Under the pieces are notes generated by a model. It was not told where the DNA came from and did not search any database. It saw only the letters and a program-made list of their open reading frames with translations. Made by a program: the position numbers and the translations under genes. 50,876 nucleotides of DNA from the NCBI RefSeq assembly GCF_016650095.1, contig NZ_JAENWL010000001.1, positions 1 through 50,876 of the forward strand. Reading direction: 5' to 3'. This document shows positions 9,563 to 19,494 of the stretch, in pieces; the first letter of the stretch is position 1, and every line of letters starts with the position of its first letter. Source of the stretch: Clostridium sp. (lineage in GTDB: Bacteria > Bacillota > Clostridia > Clostridiales > Clostridiaceae).

Positions 9563-10306
9563 ATGAAATTAGAAACAGTAATCTCAAGAATAGAAAATCA
9601 AAACAAAACAATCAAAAGAACTTCAAACATTATCTCAAAAGTAACATTGAAAATTCAAAAGTTAGAAAACAATTTACAAAATGAAACTGATGAACATGAA
9701 ATATATTATATTGAATGTGATATCAGATCAGCAAAAGACCAAATCAAAGATAATCAAAAAAAATATGAAATTGCAAAACTTAAATTAAAAGAATATCAAG
9801 CAGCATTTGAAATTGAAGCAGCAAAACAAAAAGAATTAGAAATTGATTGTGAAGTCATAGAACAATTCTTAGAAGATTGGAAAACTTCAGCTAGAAGATA
9901 TTATACAGAACAACATGATTTATATATTGCTTGTGATAGAAAACATTATGAAATAGTTAATCAAGTTGGATATTTTGGAAAATCAAATGCTGAAAAAAGA
10001 GAACTTAGCAGAGAATATCGTGAAGAGATGGAAAAATTCCCAAGATTATTTGAAAATGGTGGTTTCCATGATTTAGAAAAACATTTAGAAAATGAAGTTG
10101 CTAGAAAAAAAGAAGATTTATTAATTAGAATAACTAAAGTAATTGGTAAAATTACAGATGCAAGTTATTTATATATAGCAAATGATGCAAACTTAAATGG
10201 AACAATTATTGGAGAGACTGGAAAAGCTGAAATAAGAACAATCTTAGCTGGTGGTTACAATATCCAATGCTTACATTATAGAGTATTAGTTAATAAGCTA
10301 TCTTAA
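9563..10306 (+). CDS. Hypothetical coiled-coil protein
   Basis: ORF; C-terminal TILAGGYNIQCLHYRVLV resembles a recurrent uncharacterised phage motif. Confidence 0.8.
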   Translation: MKLETVISRIENQNKTIKRTSNIISKVTLKIQKLENNLQNETDEHEIYYIECDIRSAKDQIKDNQKKYEIAKLKLKEYQAAFEIEAAKQKELEIDCEVIEQFLEDWKTSARRYYTEQHDLYIACDRKHYEIVNQVGYFGKSNAEKRELSREYREEMEKFPRLFENGGFHDLEKHLENEVARKKEDLLIRITKVIGKITDASYLYIANDANLNGTIIGETGKAEIRTILAGGYNIQCLHYRVLVNKLS

Positions 10307-10359
10307 TCGATAGCTTTTCTAAAAGATCTTATAAAGTAAAGTCGAGGAGGACTAACCGC

Positions 10360-10947
10360 ATGCAGAGAAAATTAAAATTACGAATAAAAATATTGCTTTT
10401 TTTAATATCTATATTAGTTATAGCTTTAATTAATATAAACACAAATCTAAAAATCGAAGAAGTAATAAATAGCTATGAATCTAAAATAGAAGTTCTAGCT
10501 CAAAATGAATTACAAAATTCTGAAGACCAAAAAAATTTAACAATAAAAAATAACAAACTTGAAAGAAGTATAATTGATGAAAGTTTGCAAGAGATAAAAA
10601 TTACATCATATTATCCAGGAGATCCTTGTGGTTCTTCAAACCTCACATATTCTGGATTAACAACAGCTGACTTCGAAATTAATGAAAATGGTTGGTATAC
10701 ATATGATGGTAAAATAGTAATAGCTGCAAGTATTAGAAGATTTGAAAATGACACTCAGGAAGACTATAAGATATATAATATATTCGATGAAGTATCAATC
10801 ATCATTAATGCAACTGTTTACCAGGGCATTATTCTAGATGTATGTGGAGCATCTTATAGACTAAATGAGAAACAAATTTACGATATCTATGTTTCAGATG
10901 AATTTAGTATGGTTACAGGTTCTGCAGTTGTAATATCTATCCAATAA
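10360..10947 (+). CDS. Membrane-anchored protein with probable 3D (MltA-like) domain
   Basis: N-terminal hydrophobic helix, coiled coil, ITSYY...LTYSG...VIAA...ILDVCGA...YDIY pattern. Confidence 0.55.
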   Translation: MQRKLKLRIKILLFLISILVIALININTNLKIEEVINSYESKIEVLAQNELQNSEDQKNLTIKNNKLERSIIDESLQEIKITSYYPGDPCGSSNLTYSGLTTADFEINENGWYTYDGKIVIAASIRRFENDTQEDYKIYNIFDEVSIIINATVYQGIILDVCGASYRLNEKQIYDIYVSDEFSMVTGSAVVISIQ

Positions 10948-10964
10948 ATTAAAACTTAAAAATT

Positions 10965-11064
10965 AAAATTAAAACAAAACAGTCAGAGAACGATAATTAA
11001 AAAGATACTTCCTATTTACTTAATTCTCGTAGCAAAAGTTCTCTGATTGTTTTGTTTTAATTTT
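10965..11064 (+). repeat. Long inverted repeat, 27-bp arms
   Basis: 10965-10991 vs 11038-11064, one G-U. Confidence 0.9.
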
Positions 11065-11140
11065 TTGGCATTACACCAATAAGCCATAAAAAACTTGGAT
11101 ATAGTTACCAAACTTTAAATGGAGTAAAAGGAGAAATAAA

Positions 11141-11806
11141 ATGGAAAAAGATAACAAACTGAAGTTAGATTTACAAATGTTTGCTGAACCAGATGCAGAC
11201 CCAAAACCAAACCCAGATGCAGATCCAAAGAGTGGGGACACTGATCCCAAACCTAATGCAGATCCAAATGGGGATGATGATAAGGACGGCAAAAAGTTTA
11301 CACAAGCCGAATTAAATGCTCATCTAGCTAAAGAAAAGAAACAAGGCAAAAAGTCTGCTCTTGCAAGTTTAGGTTTTAAAACTGAAGCCGAAGCTAAGGA
11401 AGAATTAGACAAGTACAATGCTTGGAAAACATCACAATTAACTGATGCTGAAAAAGCAACTGCAGCTACAAAAGCTACAAATGAAGCAGTTGATTCTGCT
11501 AATAAAAGAGCTGCTATAGCTGAGATGAAGTTATCTGCAATCAATATTGGGGTAAAAGCAGACAGCATTGATGATGCAATTGCTATTGCTAATTTAAAAA
11601 TTACAGATGACAAAGATTTAGATACAATATTGGCAGAAATGGAAAAAGATGACAAGTACTCTAGTTTTTTTACAGATTCTAAAAGCTCTACAGGAGGCTC
11701 AAATTCTCATGGAACTAAAGCTGATGTAAAAGCTGTTAATTTTGGTAAAAGATTAGCAGAGTCTGCACCGCAGACTAAGACAGCAAAATCATCATTTTTC
11801 AAGTAA
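11141..11806 (+). CDS. Capsid scaffolding protein
   Basis: KLDLQMFA N-terminus, acidic/Pro repeats, KFTQAELN motif, position before head genes. Confidence 0.85.
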   Translation: MEKDNKLKLDLQMFAEPDADPKPNPDADPKSGDTDPKPNADPNGDDDKDGKKFTQAELNAHLAKEKKQGKKSALASLGFKTEAEAKEELDKYNAWKTSQLTDAEKATAATKATNEAVDSANKRAAIAEMKLSAINIGVKADSIDDAIAIANLKITDDKDLDTILAEMEKDDKYSSFFTDSKSSTGGSNSHGTKADVKAVNFGKRLAESAPQTKTAKSSFFK

Positions 11807-11825
11807 ACAGAAGGAGGAATAAAGA

Positions 11826-12194
11826 ATGTTAAATCAAACAGTAGTAACTACAACAGTAGGAGCAACTCGTAAAACTATATTAGCTGAAACTAATTTAGCT
11901 TATTCAATGGGTTGTAAATTAAATGCAACAAGTTTTGGAGCTGATGCAGTTGTATTAGCGGGAACTCCAGTAGCCGGAAATTTAGGGGCTAGAGAAACAG
12001 AGTTCACAAAAGCAAATGTAACAGGAGCAGATGTAGTTGGAATATTATTACATGATGTAGACATGAGTAAAGGAAACAACGCAGCAGTCTTAGTATTTGG
12101 TTTTATAGATGAAACAAAATTAGACGCAACTGTTGTGACTTTATTAGTTGCAGCAATTAGAACAGCATTAACAAAGATTACGTTTGTAAAGTAA
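11826..12194 (+). CDS. Head decoration protein
   Basis: VLAGTPV and GILLHDVD motifs; lies between scaffold and MCP. Confidence 0.75.
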   Translation: MLNQTVVTTTVGATRKTILAETNLAYSMGCKLNATSFGADAVVLAGTPVAGNLGARETEFTKANVTGADVVGILLHDVDMSKGNNAAVLVFGFIDETKLDATVVTLLVAAIRTALTKITFVK

Positions 12195-12210
12195 TAGAGG
12201 AGGATAAATA

Positions 12211-13242
12211 ATGAATATATTTGAATTAGTAACTGCAGATTCGATTTCTGCATATTGGACTACACTATCGCAAAATTTAGCCCCATTCTTAGGAGCTGAA
12301 TTATTTCCATCACAACAAAAATTAGGATTAGACATCAAATGGATTAAAGGAGCTTCTGGATTACCAGTAGTCTTAAAACCATCTGCTTATGATGTTGCAT
12401 CTCAAAAAAGAGATCGTATTGGTTTTGAAAAATTATCAATGGAAATGCCTTTCTTCAAAGAAGCAACTTATATTGATGAAGAATTAAGACAACAATTGAA
12501 TATGGTAATTGAGACTGGTAACCAATCTTATATCGATTCAATCATGAATAGAGTTTTCAATGATGAAACTCAATTATTAGAAGGTGCATCTGCACAACGC
12601 GAAAGAATCAGAATGTCAGTGTTAACAACTGGAGCTGTTTCGATCTCAGCAAATGGACAAGATTATGATTATGATTATGGGTTAAAAACCGATCAAAAAT
12701 CTACAGTTACTGTTTCATGGTCTACAGTAACAGCCGATATTATAGGTGATATCCAAGCACAGCAAGATTTATTAGAAGATCAGACTGGTGTTAGACCAAC
12801 ACGTTCAATCTGCTCTCGTAAAACATTTGGTTATTTAAGAGCTAATACAGCTATTAGAAACTCTATCTTAGGAAATGATACTTCAGCTCCAGTTAGTGAT
12901 TTAAAAATTCACCAATTTATACTTGATACTTTAGATTTAGATGTAGTAATCTATGCTAAAAAATTCAAGAATGAATTGAACCAAACTAAAGCTTATGTTG
13001 CCGATGATATATTTGTAATATTCCCAACTGGAATATTAGGAACTGGATGGTTTGGTACTACTCCAGAGCAATCAGATTTAATGGCTGGAACTACAGCTAA
13101 TGTCTCAATTACAGATGTTGGTGTTGCAGTTACAACTACTAAAAAAGTTGACCCAGTTAATGTTGAAACTAAGGTTTCAATGATTTACTTGCCTTCATTC
13201 GAAGCTGCTTCTAAAATTCATATCTTCGATATAATCGCATAA
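12211..13242 (+). CDS. Major capsid protein (gpE-like)
   Basis: 343 aa; FLGAELFP, MPFFKE, FGTTPEQ, DPVNVETKVS motifs. Confidence 0.9.
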   Translation: MNIFELVTADSISAYWTTLSQNLAPFLGAELFPSQQKLGLDIKWIKGASGLPVVLKPSAYDVASQKRDRIGFEKLSMEMPFFKEATYIDEELRQQLNMVIETGNQSYIDSIMNRVFNDETQLLEGASAQRERIRMSVLTTGAVSISANGQDYDYDYGLKTDQKSTVTVSWSTVTADIIGDIQAQQDLLEDQTGVRPTRSICSRKTFGYLRANTAIRNSILGNDTSAPVSDLKIHQFILDTLDLDVVIYAKKFKNELNQTKAYVADDIFVIFPTGILGTGWFGTTPEQSDLMAGTTANVSITDVGVAVTTTKKVDPVNVETKVSMIYLPSFEAASKIHIFDIIA

Positions 13243-13246
13243 TTAA

Positions 13247-13558
13247 ATGTTAACTAAAATAACAAAGAATAAACAAGTCCTAATAATTCCGTTCAGCACT
13301 TATAAGAATTTTTATAAGGCTGCGGGATGGGCTTTAGTTGAGGAACCAAAACCGGTCGAACCTGAAACTGAAATATTAGAAGATGAAGACGAATGGGACG
13401 AGGAAGAAACTGAGTTTGAAAAACCAGAGGAAGAAGACTTAGCAAACATGAAACTTGAAGACTTAAAACTTTTGGCGGTAAAATTAGAAATTGACGTTGA
13501 AAAATTTAAGACAGTTGCAAAGTTGAGAGCAGAGATTAAAAAAGTTAGAGGTGAATAA
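13247..13558 (+). CDS. Small acidic head-associated protein with Rho-N/HeH-like C-terminus
   Basis: LANMKLEDLKLLAVKLEI...KLRAEI; follows MCP. Confidence 0.65.
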   Translation: MLTKITKNKQVLIIPFSTYKNFYKAAGWALVEEPKPVEPETEILEDEDEWDEEETEFEKPEEEDLANMKLEDLKLLAVKLEIDVEKFKTVAKLRAEIKKVRGE

Positions 13559-13560
13559 TT

Positions 13561-13809
13561 ATGGATTATTTGCAAGAGATAAAAATGATACTGAGAGAAA
13601 AAGATTGTCCGTTCTTTGATGATGATGAGATTGATTATTATTATGAGAAAAATAATTATGAAATTAATGCAACCGTATTCCAATGTTTTATTATTAAAGC
13701 TGAAGATACAACAGTTGCATTAAGCGGATTAAATTTACAAGATACTAGCAAATATTTTAGGAGATTAGCTCAAAACTATCGACCAAATAATTCTGGAACA
13801 TTGTCATAA
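13561..13809 (+). CDS. Head-tail connector (adaptor)
   Basis: Synteny; FFDDDEIDYY motif. Confidence 0.6.
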   Translation: MDYLQEIKMILREKDCPFFDDDEIDYYYEKNNYEINATVFQCFIIKAEDTTVALSGLNLQDTSKYFRRLAQNYRPNNSGTLS

Positions 13810-14174
13810 TGGCATCAGCAGAATTCTTAAAAGCTAGGATCAGTAAACAAATCAAATCTCGAGGTTCAAAATTTACATTTTATATAGTTGAATATGATAT
13901 ATATCACAAAGTAATTACTCCCGCAACGGAGGTTATCCTAAGTGGTATTTACCATGAGACAAGTTCATATGTTACTGAATCAGTTTCAGATGCAACGAAG
14001 TCTTATAGCAAAAAGATACCTATGATTTTGTGTTTAACAGAGGACGTAGGGGTCATATCAAATGATGACTATATAAGCATTAATGAAATTCGTTATCGTG
14101 TCACAGGAGTCACAGATATTAACAATCTTAAGGCAATTACAGACATCTCGTTAGAGGTGGTTCAAAATGTCTAA
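13809..14174 (+). CDS. Head closure/stopper protein
   Basis: Synteny and size; beta-rich. Confidence 0.55.
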   Translation: MASAEFLKARISKQIKSRGSKFTFYIVEYDIYHKVITPATEVILSGIYHETSSYVTESVSDATKSYSKKIPMILCLTEDVGVISNDDYISINEIRYRVTGVTDINNLKAITDISLEVVQNV

Positions 14175-14517
14175 ATCATTTGAAGTAGATACAGTAATTT
14201 TGTCTTCCGCAATTCTAAAGCTTGATTTATTAAAAGATGCAGAATTGTCAATGTATTTGAAAACATGCGCAGCTAAGCTTGAATCAGATGCAAAGGAGAA
14301 TAGAAAGTGGGTTGATCGTACATCTGCAGCAAGAAACAGGATGACCGCAAAAAGTGAGAAAAAAGCTTTTGGTTATCGGTTAACTTTAGCACATGGGGTT
14401 GATTATGGCTTATGGCTAGAATTAGCAAATGAAGGAAATTATGCAATATTAGATGAAACAATTAAGAAAAATACGAACGATATCATCAATGGAATAAAGA
14501 TACTAAGTGGAGGGTAA
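14167..14517 (+). CDS. Neck protein (HK97 gp10-like)
   Basis: WVDRTSAAR and HGVDYGLWLE motifs. Confidence 0.75.
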   Translation: MSKSFEVDTVILSSAILKLDLLKDAELSMYLKTCAAKLESDAKENRKWVDRTSAARNRMTAKSEKKAFGYRLTLAHGVDYGLWLELANEGNYAILDETIKKNTNDIINGIKILSGG

Positions 14518-14520
14518 AAT

Positions 14521-14871
14521 ATGTTTAAAAAGATATTTGATTTTTTAATAGGAAAAGCAGTGAATGTGTTTATTCCTGGAACTCATGAAGGTGATTGCAC
14601 TCAAAAATATTGTGTGCTAAAGACCGGAACGACTGTCCAGCTACAAAACTTCAGTTCACAGCGAAAATTCTACCTTATTTATGTCTATGTTCCAGCTGGT
14701 GAATATATCGATTTAGAGGATTATGTAAATGAAATTAAGACTTACTTGGATGAATTATATCCAATGTTAATGTTTACCGGAAATGAGACGTCACCATTCT
14801 TGGAAACAGGAATAAAAGCATATATGATAAGCTTAGAGTATCGGGTAAATATACGTAGAGAAAGACTATAA
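14521..14871 (+). CDS. Tail terminator/completion protein
   Basis: Synteny before major tail protein. Confidence 0.55.
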   Translation: MFKKIFDFLIGKAVNVFIPGTHEGDCTQKYCVLKTGTTVQLQNFSSQRKFYLIYVYVPAGEYIDLEDYVNEIKTYLDELYPMLMFTGNETSPFLETGIKAYMISLEYRVNIRRERL

Positions 14872-14888
14872 TAAAGGAGGAATAAAAC

Positions 14889-15458
14889 ATGGAGAAAGCT
14901 ACTGAAAGAGCAACAATTGATGTAGTTGCAGTTACAATTACAACTAAAATTGATGATGTTGTCGATCAAGAGATATACATTGATACTGCAAACAAAATTG
15001 GAGTTGAAGTTGCATCAGAAACTACAGATGCAGTTAAGCTAATTATTAAAGGAGTTTTAAAAGCTCAAAAGAAAGCTCTTGTTACAGTTACTGGGCATAC
15101 AATCACGTTAACTGATAATGTTATGAATTTTAAATTAGCTAAGATTTTACAAGGTGGAACTATTACTTATGATACATTAGAGCCAACATTAGAAATAGGG
15201 TATACACCACCAATCGTTGGAAGTGTAGTTGCTAGTACAGAATTTGAATTAGCTGCTTATTCTGCAGTTTATGATACAGGTGGAGATATTATTGAATATG
15301 AAAAAATTGTATATCCAAACTGTACAGGTAATCCATTCTCAATGTCATCAGAAGATGGAGCATTTAGAGCACAAGAATTAGTAATTAATTCGGCTCCGAA
15401 TACTGGAGAAGCACCATATACAATTTCAATTGTAGCAGTATTGCCAGCATTAATTTAA
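14889..15458 (+). CDS. Major tail protein
   Basis: Synteny, 189 aa beta-rich, strong RBS. Confidence 0.7.
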   Translation: MEKATERATIDVVAVTITTKIDDVVDQEIYIDTANKIGVEVASETTDAVKLIIKGVLKAQKKALVTVTGHTITLTDNVMNFKLAKILQGGTITYDTLEPTLEIGYTPPIVGSVVASTEFELAAYSAVYDTGGDIIEYEKIVYPNCTGNPFSMSSEDGAFRAQELVINSAPNTGEAPYTISIVAVLPALI

Positions 15459-15491
15459 TTGAGGTAAAATAAAATAAAGGAGAAAACTAAA

Positions 15492-15902
15492 ATGAAAGAA
15501 AAAGATTTGAAGGTAACGAGTATTGAGAGCTTAATAAGTTTCTCAGAAGGAACAATAATTGAATTACCAGATTTTGCAGACGGACAAAAGTTTGTAGCTA
15601 AGTTAAAAAGACCTAGTTTACTAATGCTAATTAAGCAAGGAAAAATTCCAAATGCTTTATTAAATACTGCAAATGATTTGTTTACTGACGGAGTACAAGC
15701 AGCAGCTAAGTCGAAAGACACTGGATCAGAAAAACAGCTAGCAGATTTATTTGATTTGTTTGATGTTTTATGTGAAGCTACATTTGTAAGTCCAACATAT
15801 AAAGAGATTAAAGATGCTGGAATTGATTTAACCGATGAGCAGTTATTATTTATTTTTAGCTACACTCAACAGGGGATTAAAGCGATAGAAAACTTTCGTT
15901 AG
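15492..15902 (+). CDS. Tail assembly chaperone (G-like)
   Basis: Between major tail protein and tape measure; LKRPSLL...GKIPNALL. Confidence 0.75.
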   Translation: MKEKDLKVTSIESLISFSEGTIIELPDFADGQKFVAKLKRPSLLMLIKQGKIPNALLNTANDLFTDGVQAAAKSKDTGSEKQLADLFDLFDVLCEATFVSPTYKEIKDAGIDLTDEQLLFIFSYTQQGIKAIENFR

Positions 15903-16119
15903 TTCTGGGGAGATATTAAATACAATCAGTATTGCTCAACTATACAAAAAATTACCGAGTGAAATTCTATTTATCAATGACGAATATACTGCTTATTGTT
16001 TAAATGAATGTTGCTCGGTTATTACTTATAGACTTCAAAATGGTGAAAAACCGATTCTGAAACGTAAAGAAAAAGGAGTCCATAAACCTTCTGATCTTTA
16101 TAAAAAGTATGGCAGTTAG
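15889..16119 (+). CDS. Tail assembly chaperone extension (T-like), reachable by +1 (or -2) frameshift
   Basis: 76-codon open +1 frame with no ATG/GTG/TTG start, filling the gap to the tape measure gene (…KKLPSEILFINDEYTAYCLNECC…). Confidence 0.7.
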   Translation, partial: KTFVSSGEILNTISIAQLYKKLPSEILFINDEYTAYCLNECCSVITYRLQNGEKPILKRKEKGVHKPSDLYKKYGS

Positions 16120-16133
16120 GAGGTACTAAAGCA

Positions 16134-18593
16134 ATGAATAATGTTGGTTCAGCAATGGCCCATCTTGACCTGGATACGACGAGATTTACCGCCGGCCTAG
16201 GGAAAGCAGCGGCCGCATTAAAAGTATTTAAAAATAGTTCTGAAACGTCTATGAGCAAAATGGCAGCAGCTTCTGCACTAGCAAAATCTACTGGGACAGC
16301 TTTAACTCTTGGTGTTACTGTTCCTTTATTGGGAATGGCAGCAGCAGCTGTAGCAACTGCAACTTCATTTGAAACTTCATTAGCTAAAGTTAGTACTATA
16401 GCTGATACAACAGTTATGTCAATGGATGATATATCACAAGGAATTTTAGATATGTCAGCAGATGTTCACGCATCTGGAAATGATTTAAATGAAGGATTAT
16501 ACCAAGTAATTTCAGCGACTGGAGATACAGCTAATGCTCTTGGATATTTAAAGATCTCTGCTAAATTAGCTAAAGGTGGTTTTACAGATGTAACTTCTGC
16601 AGTAGACGGAGCAACATCAGTAATGAATGCCTATGGTTTTGAAGGAGAAGATGCTTTCCAAAAAGTAGCTGATATGATGATAATGACTCAGAATTTGGGT
16701 AAAACAACAGTTGATGAATTAGCTAGTAGCTTATCAAATGTAATTCCTACAGCTTCGGCTATGGGAGTTGGTTTCGATCAAGTTTCAGCAGCAATGGCAA
16801 CTATGACAGCACAAGGTACTCCAACTTCAAAAGCAACAACTGGTTTAAATCAGTTATTAGCTGAACTTGGAAAACAAGGAACTCAAGCTGCAGTTTCATT
16901 AGAAGCAGCACTTAAGAACACTGAATATGAGGGTAAAGGTTTTCAACAATTAATTGCTGAAGGCATGAACTTAAATGAAGTCTTAATGTTAATGGATGCA
17001 AGTACTGAAGGAACAGATAAAACATTATTAGATTTATTTAGTAGTATTGATTCTGGTAAAGCAGCACTGCAATTAACTGGAAATGGAACTGAAAAATTTA
17101 TTTCAGCTTTAGATGGAATGCAAACAGCATCTGGAGCAACTGAAGAAGCATTCGAAAAAATGTCTGCAACCTCAGGAACTTCATTCACAGATCTTAAAAT
17201 TTCATTAACAAATTTAGCGATAACATTTGGAGAATTAATTCTTCCATATGTGAAACAGTTTGTAGAGTGGTTAACAGAATTAGCCACCAAAGTTAAAGGA
17301 ATGGATGAAAAAACTAAGAAAATGATAATTACGATTGGAGCGGTGTTAGCTGTTCTTGGTCCAGTATTATTAATTACTAGTAAGCTCATTTCTGCATTTA
17401 TGAATGTTAGAAAAGCTATAGCAATCTTTACAAAATTTGGAGGGGTATTAAAAGTTCTTAAGATAGCATTTGCTGCCTTAACTTCTGTTCCCGGGCTTAT
17501 AATTATTGGGATTATTGCTTTAGTCTTAGCATTCAAATATTTATGGGATAATTGTGAGGCATTTAGAAACTTTTGGATAAATTTAATTGATTCTTTAGTC
17601 ACAACATTTAGTGCTTTACCTGGACAAATATTAGGAGCTGTTGAAGCTATTAAAAATTTCTTTATGGTTAGCATCCCTGAAGCACTTGACAGTTTTAAAG
17701 AAAAATTCTTTGAATTAGTTGCATCAGTAAAAAATAAGTTTATAGAGTTTAAAACTAACTTTATAGATTTAATCGTCTCGTTAATTGATGGAATTAAAAA
17801 CATAGTTAATAATTTCCCATATTATGTTGGGTTTATTCTTGGCTATATTCTTGAATTAATTTTAGAACTTCCAGGAAAGATATGGACAATTTTGTGTGAT
17901 GTCTTTAGTAGAATATACGAATTTGGGGTAAGTGCAAAAGATGCAGCAATAGATATTGGAACTTCATTTGTTGATAATATAGTAACCTTTTTTACTGAAT
18001 TACCAGGTAAAGTCTGGAATTTGCTTTGTAAAGTTGTTTCAGCAGTCTTCGATTTTGGAGCTGATTTAAAAGTTGCAGCAACAAATACAATAACAGCATT
18101 TATTGATGAAGTTGTAAGAATTGCCACAGAATTACCTGGCAAATTTGCAAAATTTCTTGATGAGCTACCTAAAAAAGTTGATGACATAAAAAGTGATTTA
18201 TATGATGCTGGTAAAAATATTATTAATGGATTATGGGATGGATTAAAATCAGCATGGGAAGATGTATCGAATTGGTTTGGAGGAGTCATGTCTTCAGTTG
18301 GAGATTTCGTCAGTGGAATAAAAGATGGAATGGACTCAGCTAAGGACAAAACTTCAGGTTTCTCAGACGGATCGCATGCAGATGGACTAAACTATGTTCC
18401 ATATGATGGATATAGAGCAACATTGCACAAAGGTGAAGCAGTTATAACAGCTAAAGAAAATGAAAGAGGATATTCCTCAAATAGTGGACTAAATGTTACA
18501 ATTAACTCGCCAAAAGCTCTTGATGAGAGAGTAGCAAACAAAATATTTAAGAAGACATTAATTCAAATTGATAAAGGTCTTCTAGGAGGTTAA
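16134..18593 (+). CDS. Tape measure protein (TP901-like core)
   Basis: 819 aa, TQNLGKTTVDELA motif, hydrophobic segments, aromatic 11-aa periodicity, HADGLNYVPYDGY tail. Confidence 0.92.
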   Translation: MNNVGSAMAHLDLDTTRFTAGLGKAAAALKVFKNSSETSMSKMAAASALAKSTGTALTLGVTVPLLGMAAAAVATATSFETSLAKVSTIADTTVMSMDDISQGILDMSADVHASGNDLNEGLYQVISATGDTANALGYLKISAKLAKGGFTDVTSAVDGATSVMNAYGFEGEDAFQKVADMMIMTQNLGKTTVDELASSLSNVIPTASAMGVGFDQVSAAMATMTAQGTPTSKATTGLNQLLAELGKQGTQAAVSLEAALKNTEYEGKGFQQLIAEGMNLNEVLMLMDASTEGTDKTLLDLFSSIDSGKAALQLTGNGTEKFISALDGMQTASGATEEAFEKMSATSGTSFTDLKISLTNLAITFGELILPYVKQFVEWLTELATKVKGMDEKTKKMIITIGAVLAVLGPVLLITSKLISAFMNVRKAIAIFTKFGGVLKVLKIAFAALTSVPGLIIIGIIALVLAFKYLWDNCEAFRNFWINLIDSLVTTFSALPGQILGAVEAIKNFFMVSIPEALDSFKEKFFELVASVKNKFIEFKTNFIDLIVSLIDGIKNIVNNFPYYVGFILGYILELILELPGKIWTILCDVFSRIYEFGVSAKDAAIDIGTSFVDNIVTFFTELPGKVWNLLCKVVSAVFDFGADLKVAATNTITAFIDEVVRIATELPGKFAKFLDELPKKVDDIKSDLYDAGKNIINGLWDGLKSAWEDVSNWFGGVMSSVGDFVSGIKDGMDSAKDKTSGFSDGSHADGLNYVPYDGYRATLHKGEAVITAKENERGYSSNSGLNVTINSPKALDERVANKIFKKTLIQIDKGLLGG

Positions 18594-18596
18594 AAA

Positions 18597-19493
18597 ATGA
18601 TCGAAAGTTTAGAGCTAAAAAACTTAACGACAAACGTTTCGTTATTATTTGATCGGGTTGGACGTACAAATTATGTGATTGATGATGATGGCTTATTTAT
18701 TGAACCAGTATCAGCTTCACATAGTTTGTCTTCTAACATAAATCAAGTTGGTTCTGATATTGTGGTAACAAGACTTGAAGAGAGATCAGTGATTATTACT
18801 GGTTATGTATGGGACTATGATTTGAATGGAATTGAAGCAGCAAAGAAAACGTTAAGTAAATTGGTTAATCCAATGAATTATATTGAAGTTATACTCGGTG
18901 ATTATTATTTGAAGGGTAAACCTGAAGAGAGTGTAAACTTCAGCACAAATTGGAGAGAAAATAATGAAATACTTTGCAAGTTTATGATTAGTTTAAACTG
19001 CAATTATCCGATGTTTAAAGCATATAGTCAGCAACAAAAGTTGCTAGCTGAAACTGCACCAAAGTTTAGATTTCCACTTGTTTTTCTACCAACTGTAGGA
19101 ATAATAATGGGAGTAAATGTTTTTCTTAGATTGTTATTAATTGACAACCCAGGTGATATTGAAACTGGATTGGTTATAACTATTAAGGCAATTGGAGAAG
19201 TTATAAACCCAGTAATTTCGAACATAAACGAAAATGAGTCATTGACTATATTAAAAACAATGACTACGGGTGAAACAATTGTAATAAATACTAAAGCTCT
19301 TGAAAGAAATGTTGAAGGCGGATTCGGTGATGATTTAGTCAAATATTTTGAATATTGGGACTATAACAATGTATGGCTACAAATGCCTGTTGGACCATCA
19401 TTAATTGGGTTTAGTGCTGAAGGTGAAAGCTATAAATACCTAAAAGTTACAATCGAATTTGGAGAAGAATTATTCTCTCTAGGAGCGATGTAA
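18597..19493 (+). CDS. Distal tail protein (Dit)
   Basis: Follows tape measure; NPGDIETG motif. Confidence 0.75.
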   Translation: MIESLELKNLTTNVSLLFDRVGRTNYVIDDDGLFIEPVSASHSLSSNINQVGSDIVVTRLEERSVIITGYVWDYDLNGIEAAKKTLSKLVNPMNYIEVILGDYYLKGKPEESVNFSTNWRENNEILCKFMISLNCNYPMFKAYSQQQKLLAETAPKFRFPLVFLPTVGIIMGVNVFLRLLLIDNPGDIETGLVITIKAIGEVINPVISNINENESLTILKTMTTGETIVINTKALERNVEGGFGDDLVKYFEYWDYNNVWLQMPVGPSLIGFSAEGESYKYLKVTIEFGEELFSLGAM

Positions 19494-19494
19494 A

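Noticed and set aside
15900-15962. Stop-codon readthrough or genome-wide recoding
   Set aside because: The 0 frame stops again at about 15960; known genes are full length under the standard code and use TAA, TAG and TGA stops
16943-18349. Long minus-strand ORFs (286 aa, 168 aa) and other antisense ORFs
   Set aside because: They mirror well-supported + strand genes, lack RBS or motifs, and reflect codon bias
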